45,797 nucleotides of DNA from a virus: positions 1-45,797 of the IMG/VR virus record IMGVR_UViG_3300012202_000003; one strand, 5' to 3'. Of this stretch, positions 8,462-15,341 are shown piece after piece; the stretch's first letter is position 1; every line of letters begins with the position of its first letter. Under the pieces are notes generated by a model. It had not been told where the DNA came from. It saw only the letters and a list, made by a program, of their open reading frames with translations, and searched no databases. The position numbers were made by a program, and so were the translations under genes.

Positions 8462-8854
8462 TCAAATCCAGTAGATTTTGAAGCCAGTGATGGCAGCACC
8501 TGCAGTCAAGCCGATTGTGGCCGGTGGGATGGTGTCGAAGATGAGCGTTGTTGGGGCGGTTTTACTCAACGGCGTTCCTGTATCCCCTGTGATACCCTTG
8601 AGAGTGATTGTGTTGGTATTGCCTGATGGAGGGACAAGAATCGCCCCACCCGCTCCCGCGGGGACGGTCACCGCTGTGAACCCCGACGCAAGCGGATTGA
8701 AGACCTGAACATAACAAGCGCTATTTGGGTTCGTCAAGGTAAAGCTGTCCAACGGCCCGCTTGAAGACCCCGTCGGAAAGGTAAGGGTTATCGACTCCGT
8801 CGCCATGGAGGTCCCCACCCCGCCCGTTCCTGATCCAAATGTATAATTCGCCAT
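8462..8854 (-). CDS. Short member (130 aa) of a three-gene paralog family
   Basis: Shares ITLKGITGDTG and the C-terminal F-K-I-Y-W-I with the two 214-aa paralogs (LTLKGAGADTG...RFIWF and MTLKGVAGDTG...RFSWL). Confidence 0.55.
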   Translation of the reverse strand: MANYTFGSGTGGVGTSMATESITLTFPTGSSSGPLDSFTLTNPNSACYVQVFNPLASGFTAVTVPAGAGGAILVPPSGNTNTITLKGITGDTGTPLSKTAPTTLIFDTIPPATIGLTAGAAITGFKIYWI

Positions 8855-8890
8855 AAACCGTGCTTCCTTTCATGCGCCTTCTGGCGCGGG

Positions 8891-9529
8891 TTAGAACCAA
8901 ATAAACCGACATTCTTGACCAGATACAATTGTGACAGAAGCTCCGTTGGACGTCAAATCAACCACGGAACCGCTTTTTGTAAGAGAGATTTGGAAATCAT
9001 TTGTTGTGGGATTGACCACGTAGTAGTTATAACCAGTGATAATTCCACCAGGAAGAGTGCCCCCGAAGCTGATGATAGAGTTTGTTATGAGTGTGTGAGA
9101 GGCGAGGGTGATTTTGTCGGTGACAGAATCAGCCGTCACTGCTTGGTTTGTATAGTTCGACGCGCTTCCATCAACGATGATGCTCTTTGTATTGACAGGG
9201 TCAGGGGCTGCGAACATGAAGAAGAAGGGCCCAATGTTGTCCATTAAGATACCAGTATCTGCTCCAGCACCTTTAAGGGTTAAACTATAACGATTGATAG
9301 GATCAGGGCAAGCAAGGCAACCCACCGCTCCCCTCGGGGCGAGGACGGTGTTGGAGCCATTGATAAGTTTGATTATGTCAACCGAACAAACACTCATTGC
9401 ATTTGTGAGTTGGTAGTCGGCAGGGTTGGAACTTCCAGCAAGCTCGACATAAGAAGCGAGAATGCTCAAAGCAGTAGAGCCAAGCGCTTTGAAACGAAAG
9501 ACCGGGGTGAGGTCAATAGCAACGCTCAT
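8891..9529 (-). CDS. Paralog A (about 212 aa), beta-rich putative virion appendage protein
   Basis: Aligns end to end with 9526..10170. The ATG at 9529 gives MSVAIDL..., parallel to MSVNANI..., and makes an ATGA overlap. Confidence 0.6.
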   Translation of the reverse strand: MSVAIDLTPVFRFKALGSTALSILASYVELAGSSNPADYQLTNAMSVCSVDIIKLINGSNTVLAPRGAVGCLACPDPINRYSLTLKGAGADTGILMDNIGPFFFMFAAPDPVNTKSIIVDGSASNYTNQAVTADSVTDKITLASHTLITNSIISFGGTLPGGIITGYNYYVVNPTTNDFQISLTKSGSVVDLTSNGASVTIVSGQECRFIWF

Positions 9530-10170
9530 AACCATGAGAAGCGAGCTTCTTGAGCGCTTGTCAAAAGCACAGTCGTGCCATTTGAGGTAATGTCCACCAC
9601 CGAACCTCCTTTTGTAAGGGAGAGTTGGAAATCGTTCGTGGTTGGGTTGACCACGTAGTAATAAAGGGTGGAGGTTATTCCTCCTGGCACCGGAGAGCCT
9701 GTTAGATAAACTGCCGAGCCTGCGATAAGAGTATGAGCAGCAAGGGTAATCTTATCGGAGGGCGCGTCAGCGGTCACAGCCTGCGCGCTATAATTCGACG
9801 CCCCACCGTCGATAACGAACGAGAGGGTGCCGATAGGGTTAGCAGTGAAAGGGAGGAGAATAGGAGCATTTTTGTGGATAGCAATACCTGTATCACCCGC
9901 GACACCCTTTAGAGTCATTGAGTAGCGATTTAGGGGATCGGGTTGGATGATCACACCAGCAGCGTTGGTGGGGGCGGTGATAGTGTTAGCCCCGTTGAGG
10001 ATATGGAGGATGTCGGTGCGACATATCGACGACGAGTTCGTAATTTGATAGTCGCAGGTCGTAGTGCCAAGACCAGAAAGGAACTGTGTAGCAGAGGCCG
10101 TTAGAGCCACCGAGGAGGAACCACTCGAAGCAGTCGCAGCGCCCGAGGAGATATTCGCGTTGACACTCAT
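9526..10170 (-). CDS. Paralog B (214 aa), beta-rich putative virion appendage protein
   Basis: Tandem duplicate of the downstream gene, e.g. YYVVNPTTNDFQ(L/I)SLTK(G/S)GSVVD(I/L)TSNG. Confidence 0.6.
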   Translation of the reverse strand: MSVNANISSGAATASSGSSSVALTASATQFLSGLGTTTCDYQITNSSSICRTDILHILNGANTITAPTNAAGVIIQPDPLNRYSMTLKGVAGDTGIAIHKNAPILLPFTANPIGTLSFVIDGGASNYSAQAVTADAPSDKITLAAHTLIAGSAVYLTGSPVPGGITSTLYYYVVNPTTNDFQLSLTKGGSVVDITSNGTTVLLTSAQEARFSWL

Positions 10171-10748
10171 ACCGCTCCCACCCCAAGGCGCTTCAATTCC
10201 CTCTCGTTCTCTTCGATCTCTCGATTCACCGCGTCAATGTCCTCCGCCATGTGGGTGACCTCGGCTTTGACCTCCGACCTCTGCACGGCCTTCCCAAGAT
10301 ACCGGTCGAGAAGGCTATCCGCAGCGCGGAGTTGCACAGCAGGTTCCGTTGCCGAGTCACGAACGCTAATGATCTTCAGCACGGAGTCCTCTGCTGCCGA
10401 CGCGAGAAGACCTTGAACCGCGTCTTGTCCCGCTTCGCGAATTTCTTCGACGAGCCGTTGCCGTGCCCAAGGCTGGCGGAGGATGTTCGAGACCCAAGCC
10501 TCTGTTAAGTCAAGCCGGCGAGCAATGTCGCGATTCGACAAAGCCTGCGCTTTGAGGAAGATGATAATGCGGTGGCGGGGACTTTCATGAAGAATGCTCC
10601 AGTTTGGGTCTTTGGAATTAAACAACGCATCTGGGTTCTCTTTGTATTCCTGCTCAACTGTCGAGCCGGCGAGCTTAGAATTCTCATAGAAGCTTTGGTT
10701 GCCGGGCGCAACGCCCGCAGCTTCCGCATATCGGGCGAGTTCGTTCAT
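10167..10748 (-). CDS. HTH protein, small-terminase-like or regulatory (193 aa from ATG 10748)
   Basis: Sigma-region-4/LuxR-like helix-turn-helix (LSNRDIARRLDLTEAWVSNIL). A downstream AADSLLDRYLGKA segment resembles small terminases. ATGA overlaps on both sides. Confidence 0.45.
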   Translation of the reverse strand: MNELARYAEAAGVAPGNQSFYENSKLAGSTVEQEYKENPDALFNSKDPNWSILHESPRHRIIIFLKAQALSNRDIARRLDLTEAWVSNILRQPWARQRLVEEIREAGQDAVQGLLASAAEDSVLKIISVRDSATEPAVQLRAADSLLDRYLGKAVQRSEVKAEVTHMAEDIDAVNREIEENERELKRLGVGAV

Positions 10749-11143
10749 GGCACAATCTCCATCTTGTAAAAGCCTGGGTTGACCGCCGGAAGATCGCCAA
10801 AGGCGAAGAATGGACCTTCGACCATTGGGGACCACATTAGGCGAAGAACTGGGGACTTTGGTACCGTGAAAGAAATCTCGTTGCTGAAATCACTCACCAC
10901 CCCTGAAGAATCCTGAGCCACGACGGCAGCATAGAGCGTCGTCGATGTTTGGAGATTTGTCAAGGTAACCATAATGTTCGTTCGGGCATTGTTTGTGAAC
11001 GACAACGAATAGCTTCGGCTATTCGTCCCCACAAAGACCACATACCCCACCACTGAAGGTTCGGGGCTTTGATTCCACCCAAGAACCGGCCCTGCGGAGC
11101 AAAGCGAAGCCGTTCCAAGAAGGAGCGCTAGAAGGGTTCTCAT
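10745..11143 (-). CDS. Secreted fibronectin type III-like domain protein (132 aa)
   Basis: N-terminal signal peptide MRTLLALLLGTASLCSA. FN3-like pattern: W..SPEPSVVGYVV..G, TLTNLQTSTTLYAAVVAQDSSGVVSDFSNEISF. Confidence 0.6.
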   Translation of the reverse strand: MRTLLALLLGTASLCSAGPVLGWNQSPEPSVVGYVVFVGTNSRSYSLSFTNNARTNIMVTLTNLQTSTTLYAAVVAQDSSGVVSDFSNEISFTVPKSPVLRLMWSPMVEGPFFAFGDLPAVNPGFYKMEIVP

Positions 11144-11183
11144 GAATCGTGAAGCTCACGCCGCCTACGGCGACGCTGTTCTT

Positions 11184-11438
11184 TTAGGTGCCAACCGTCT
11201 CGGACTGACCACCAACAATCGTCTCCTTCGGTTCGCCACTTGTCGATTCAAGGTTGGTTTTGCTTCCCACTGTGATAACAGCCCGCTCTACCTTCTGCCC
11301 GGCGGCTTGGAGTTCTTTTACAAAGGCCGCCGCGAGCTGATCTGCATCGTTGACGTCTTTATTATGATGACTTCCCATCCCTTCGATTGAAATATGCCAG
11401 TTTCCCACTTTCGTCCTTTCTCTCTTTGACACCTTCAA
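11184..11438 (-). CDS. Hypothetical protein (84 aa; likely GTG start at 11408 gives 74 aa)
   Basis: The box CAAAGAGAGAAAGGACGAAA lies directly upstream of the GTG at 11408, mirroring the box-to-start arrangement of the scaffold gene. Confidence 0.45.
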   Translation of the reverse strand: MKVSKRERTKVGNWHISIEGMGSHHNKDVNDADQLAAAFVKELQAAGQKVERAVITVGSKTNLESTSGEPKETIVGGQSETVGT

Positions 11439-11486
11439 GACTTGCCCTGCCTTTGGCAGTGCTGATCTTGAGGGTCGCGGAGCGGG

Positions 11487-11681
11487 CTATGCCGCGCGGT
11501 TTTCCTCTTCCTTCGCCCCCGCGGGCGTTTCAACCATCACCTCCGCGCCTACCCGTCTGATCACAACCTCCTCCCTCTGAGCCTTATCGTACACAACCGA
11601 CACCGGCTTAAGGGTGTTCAACGTCTGCCGCCGGAGAATCTCTTCCACTCGTGGTGGATACCCACTGTTTTTTGCACTCAT
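11487..11681 (-). CDS. Hypothetical 64-aa protein
   Basis: ORF with a purine-rich upstream tract (GAAAAAGAAAGGATTAAGACG-ATG). Confidence 0.4.
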   Translation of the reverse strand: MSAKNSGYPPRVEEILRRQTLNTLKPVSVVYDKAQREEVVIRRVGAEVMVETPAGAKEEENRAA

Positions 11682-12041
11682 CGTCTTAATCCTTTCTTTT
11701 TCTTCCCGGGAACGCGAAGCGGCTCCCCTCTGGAGAGCGGAACCTCTTGCACGTCATCGCCCTTTGGCCTCTCGGGGGAGCTTTTCTTCATCTTCCCCTT
11801 GATACCACAATGCGCCAAAGATGTCAACTCTTTTCTGGGCGACGCCTTCTCAGGGGAGAAAGCTCTTTTCTCGTCCCTCCTTCACCTCTCTTCTCCCCTG
11901 AGGGCCGGAGGCCCTACACAAGGAACTTTTAAATTCGGTTTTTGTGGTAAAGGGGATATAGGCTAATAAGTCATAGGGCCATTGGGGAGGACACCCTTTG
12001 GGAAACCCTTGAGGCGGAGGAACATGCGGAGGAAGAGGAAG

Positions 12042-12066
12042 GCCGCTGGCTCCAAGGACCAGCGGC
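12042..12066. terminator. 8-bp GC-rich hairpin (GCCGCTGG-N9-CCAGCGGC); possible end of the leftward mini-operon
   Basis: Read directly. It lies 22 nt beyond the stop at 12088. Only a weak T/U tract flanks it on either strand. Confidence 0.35.
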
Positions 12067-12087
12067 TTTGAGAGGAGGAGCTATAAG

Positions 12088-12234
12088 CTAGGCAGGAACG
12101 ATCTTGGCAAGGCACCATGCTGCCGTGGGCAGATGCGCCCTAGCCCAGAGGACGGCAGCGTGTTTCGATGTCCAGCCATAGCGTGGATTATCACAGCGCC
12201 AATATGCCTTGTTCCCCATGACGATGATGAACAT
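12088..12234 (-). CDS. Possible 48-aa protein (MFIIVMGNKAYWRCDNPRYGW...)
   Basis: ATG lies 4 nt after the stop of 12239..12652. This is the only protein-like part of the long track ORF 12088..12501. Confidence 0.3.
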   Translation of the reverse strand: MFIIVMGNKAYWRCDNPRYGWTSKHAAVLWARAHLPTAAWCLAKIVPA

Positions 12235-12238
12235 AGGA

Positions 12239-12652
12239 TCAAAGGTTAAGGTAGCGGTCAAGAGCAAGCGTTCTGGCGCTCTGTTCGGGAAGGCGCTTCC
12301 CACCTTTCGGCGAGGCCAACCATTGGCGGAATGCGGAGGCGTTCCCGCCAATGCCATGCTCCTGCGCGGATGCCATAAAGTCCAACCGCGAGGCTTCGGG
12401 CATTCCATGCTCGGCCGCGATTCCGGCAAGCAGGCTGAGGTGCTCGACCGTCCCCCAAGCCTTCGGCTTTCCAGCGTCCTGAGCTGCAAGAATAGCATCA
12501 ACCATGCTGAGCATTTGGGGATCTCCGATTTTTGTGATTTCTTTCATAACCAATTTGCCTTTTCTTTCCCCGGGAGCGGAATTGCTCCCGATAACCCTAA
12601 GCATAGCATGATCTCCGGGGAGAGCAAGCTTTTTCTTTATCTTTCTTTTCAC
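12239..12652 (-). CDS. Hypothetical protein ending in LDRYLNL (137 aa; alternative ATG at 12547 gives 102 aa)
   Basis: The most protein-like of three mutually overlapping ORFs. It is downstream of motif copy 2 and carries the C-terminal motif shared with three plus-strand proteins. Confidence 0.5.
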   Translation of the reverse strand: MKRKIKKKLALPGDHAMLRVIGSNSAPGERKGKLVMKEITKIGDPQMLSMVDAILAAQDAGKPKAWGTVEHLSLLAGIAAEHGMPEASRLDFMASAQEHGIGGNASAFRQWLASPKGGKRLPEQSARTLALDRYLNL

Positions 12653-12767
12653 CGCTTCGCACTGAGCGAAGCTAGGTGAGCATTTTTCATGCCTCTCTCG
12701 GGAGAGATGGCCCTCCGATAAGCCCGTCGATGGAAATGATCGACATTCGCCTCAGGCGCTCCCCTAG

Positions 12768-12792
12768 GTGAAGGTTAATTATTGCCCCTCAC
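12768..12792 (-). promoter_or_regulatory. 25-nt dyad motif copy 2 (minus-strand reading GTGAGGGGCAATAATTAACCTTCAC)
   Basis: Lies in the gene-poor region. The central AATAATT orientation points leftward toward 12746/12652. Confidence 0.55.
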
Positions 12793-13178
12793 AGAAGCTT
12801 GACGAAAGTGTGTCGGTCCGACGCCGACGCCGACACGACCTAAGTGCTTGCGGGAGAAGGAAAAGTGTTGGTCGTCCCGTTGGTCGTCTGATCACGAAAG
12901 GCATTTTGCCTATCCCAGAAAATGCCGCAAAAGTCCTTTTCCAAACGGCCAAAGCCTTTTTCTTACATGTGTCATTTTTTTTTTAGAAAAATGTATGTAA
13001 GAAGAAGGAAAAGCGAAAACCGTTTGGCGAAAGTGCCCTTGTGAAAGAGCTAGGTAATTTCTGCCTAGCTGGCAAAGAGCCAGAATGCCAAGCAAGGCCG
13101 ATGGGACGACCGATCAACCGACCCTTTTCATTGATTTGCAAGCTCTTACAAGCAAAAATGGTCGGCTATTTGATCGGC

Positions 13179-13373
13179 CTACCCCTTCCACTTTTTCTTT
13201 CGCCCGTTAAACCTTCGTCCTCGTGCTTTGTAGAAGGAAGAACGTGCATATTCAGATTGGTATATGAAGTAACGAGAACATCGACGTGAACAGCAGAGAG
13301 GTGGAGGAAAGGTGTGCTCAAAGAGTTCGCCACAGTAGCAGCAATGATAAAGGTTAAGAAGGGACATTTTCAT
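13179..13373 (-). CDS. Small zinc-ribbon protein (64 aa, MKMSLLNLYHCCYCGELF...CCSRRC)
   Basis: Paired Cys motifs CxxC...CCxxxC. An internal ATG of the track ORF 13179..13493 was chosen to remove the basic off-frame-looking N-terminus. Confidence 0.4.
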   Translation of the reverse strand: MKMSLLNLYHCCYCGELFEHTFPPPLCCSRRCSRYFIYQSEYARSSFYKARGRRFNGRKKKWKG

Positions 13374-13533
13374 TCGGGGGTTGAGGTTTTGCCACCACTT
13401 CGTGCGTGCGCCAAAACTCCGCGCGCTTATGCGCCGGGCAGCAAAAGCGTTGCCAGACCTTTTTCGGCGTAAAGGATTTCGCGCAGAGCACATAAGCGCA
13501 GGTTATCATCGGGAGGACTTTGGGTTTTTTCAT
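13354..13533 (-). CDS. Small zinc-ribbon protein (59 aa, MKKPKVLPMITCAYVLCAKSF...FCCPAHKRAEF)
   Basis: Cys pairs with a C..C...F...FCC..H pattern. ATG at 13533 within the track ORF 13354..13644. Confidence 0.4.
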   Translation of the reverse strand: MKKPKVLPMITCAYVLCAKSFTPKKVWQRFCCPAHKRAEFWRTHEVVAKPQPPNENVPS

Positions 13534-13890
13534 ATATGTGAGTAGAGCAACTGAATTCTCCGAGCCGAAAAGAGCCAGCTTTGCGGCTAGGGCGGCTATT
13601 GGGCCGCCCGCAAGCAGCCTAGCGTAGCATGAGATCAGCCGCAAGCTAAATCGCTCCTCCCCCTCCGCTCCGGCGCTCCCCAGGGCTTCGCCTTGCTAGC
13701 ATCTTTCATGCCAAGGCTCCGCCTTGGGCGGGATCTATTTTCATGCCATCTCTCCCCCGAGAAAGCAATTAAAGATAAATTCTTTTCTCGACATGCCCTT
13801 GCGTCCCCTGCTAGGCTCTTTCTCAAGGCGAGAGCCTTCGGCTGGCATAGAGCCTGCTTAGAGGCTTCGCCAAACAAAAGGCAAAATCAT

Positions 13891-14100
13891 ATGGCAAGAT
13901 GTGAAGATTATCCCTGCTGCGGCCACGAGGATGGTGGCTGCCCAAACCAAGATGGATCGTTCAATTGTGCAAGTTGTGGAAGAAAGTTGTCGAAGAACTC
14001 TCCTAGTTCAATTTGTACAAAGTGCCATCGTCGGGATAGAATAGCGAGGGCACGCGGCGAAGAGGTTGGAGGGGATTTTGATTACTCGATGAATTATTAA
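13891..14100 (+). CDS. Cys-rich small protein (69 aa, MARCEDYPCCGHEDGGCP...CASCG...CTKCH)
   Basis: Internal ATG of the track ORF 13693..14100. The upstream part is low-complexity, while the Cys-rich part looks like a metal-binding module. Confidence 0.5.
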   Translation: MARCEDYPCCGHEDGGCPNQDGSFNCASCGRKLSKNSPSSICTKCHRRDRIARARGEEVGGDFDYSMNY

Positions 14101-14109
14101 GGCCCAAAA

Positions 14110-14134
14110 GTGAAGGCCAATAATTAACCCGCAC
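14110..14134 (+). promoter_or_regulatory. 25-nt dyad motif copy 3 (GTGAAGGCCAATAATTAACCCGCAC)
   Basis: Ends 7 nt upstream of the ATG at 14142. A half-site-like AATTATTAAGGCCC lies at 14090..14103. Confidence 0.6.
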
Positions 14135-14141
14135 TAGCGCA

Positions 14142-14534
14142 ATGCAAAGCATCTTCAATCTTGCAGAAGCACGTGAAAGCCTCTCAAAGCGCTTCCCTAA
14201 TGCCTATCGACGTTCCTCCTACAATAAGCATCTCATCCTTAACCCATTTGACAGTTTAAGTGAGCTTGTCCTTTTATATGAAATCACGCTCCCGAAGACG
14301 AAGTCTTTCTGGCGTCTCACCGAGGCCCGCCTCGGCCATTGCCCAACGCTCCCTTCATGCGCTGGGCTTCTCGTCGCGACTGACGGCATGATGGCAATGT
14401 TGCTTCGCAGCGATGCGGAGCTTCTCGAAATTCATTGTTCGAGTTTTGTCGAAGATCAACCCGAAGCCGCGCCGGCGAAGGCAAGAACCTCACGGCCAGA
14501 CCCCGCATTAGATCGTTATCTTCAACTTGTATGA
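14142..14534 (+). CDS. Early hypothetical protein ending in LDRYLQLV (130 aa)
   Basis: First gene after motif copy 3. Carries the shared C-terminal motif. Confidence 0.6.
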   Translation: MQSIFNLAEARESLSKRFPNAYRRSSYNKHLILNPFDSLSELVLLYEITLPKTKSFWRLTEARLGHCPTLPSCAGLLVATDGMMAMLLRSDAELLEIHCSSFVEDQPEAAPAKARTSRPDPALDRYLQLV

Positions 14535-14626
14535 CAAACGAAAAACTCTCCCTCCTGATAGAACGTTGGTTCATTGCCCTTGTTATCGCGAAAACCATAA
14601 TCATCTGCTATCTTATCTTAAAATGA
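14531..14626 (+). CDS. Possible 31-aa hydrophobic micropeptide (MTNEKLSLLIERWFIALVIAKTIIICYLILK)
   Basis: ATGA overlaps at both ends (14531-14534 and 14623-14626) link it to its neighbours. Confidence 0.35.
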   Translation: MTNEKLSLLIERWFIALVIAKTIIICYLILK

Positions 14627-14832
14627 CCTTTAGAGAATGCGTCGTGATCGCAATGTATCGTGCGGGAAAACTTCCAAGCATTGAAAAAGCCCTCAAAGCC
14701 GCAGACAAAGACTTCCCTAGCGTTGGTGTGGTATCAACCACCCAAGTCCCACCAGAAAGCGTAGAGAAAATCTCCCAAGCCTTCTCGAAGATGCTTGAGT
14801 TAATCGAGCAAGAACGTATTCAGGAAAACTAA
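14623..14832 (+). CDS. Hypothetical 69-aa protein
   Basis: The ATG at 14623 is ATGA-coupled. The track ORF's upstream part (from 14527) overlaps the previous genes. Confidence 0.5.
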   Translation: MTFRECVVIAMYRAGKLPSIEKALKAADKDFPSVGVVSTTQVPPESVEKISQAFSKMLELIEQERIQEN

Positions 14833-14836
14833 CCTT

Positions 14837-15331
14837 ATGCAAAACAAAATCTTCCTTATCAACGCTATGCGCTCGTTAGTGAAAAAGCTTGAAGGTGGAG
14901 TTCAATACGACTGGCTTGACCCCCGTCAGTGTAACTGCGGCCTTCTGTTACGAGAACTTGAACCAGAATTCCACGCAGTCCCTGGAGTTGGTTCATACCG
15001 TAATGTGACCCGCCTCACCGCGAAAGAATTCTTCGGAAGATTCGAGAAATACGGGCTTAAACTCTGCAACCTCTATAGTTTAGAGAACCTTTCAAATAAG
15101 ATCATTAAAAAGCGTTCGGGTTTAGATAAAGTTCGTTATTGCTCTCTAAAAAGTGTGTTCTATAGGGAACGTGCCAACCTTATCCTTTATCTACATGCAT
15201 GGGCAGATATTCTTGAGGAACAAGACGCCGAACGGTTTGAACGTCGACCTTTAAATTTGACCCCAAGGTCAAAAACAGCACCGGAGAGCAATGCTGAACA
15301 TAAACTCTCCTGCAACCAACAACCAAAATAA
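14837..15331 (+). CDS. Hypothetical 164-aa protein
   Basis: ORF in an AT-richer stretch. No motif recognised. Confidence 0.55.
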   Translation: MQNKIFLINAMRSLVKKLEGGVQYDWLDPRQCNCGLLLRELEPEFHAVPGVGSYRNVTRLTAKEFFGRFEKYGLKLCNLYSLENLSNKIIKKRSGLDKVRYCSLKSVFYRERANLILYLHAWADILEEQDAERFERRPLNLTPRSKTAPESNAEHKLSCNQQPK

Positions 15332-15341
15332 AGGAAAAGCA

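Noticed and set aside
12088-12679. Long overlapping ORFs 12088..12501 (-) and 12209..12679 (+)
   Set aside because: Three ORFs occupy the same DNA. Only 12239..12652 (-) has protein-like composition, sits downstream of a correctly oriented motif copy and has the conserved C-terminal tail. Of 12088..12501, only the last 48 codons (after the neighbour's stop) were kept, as a low-confidence ORF.
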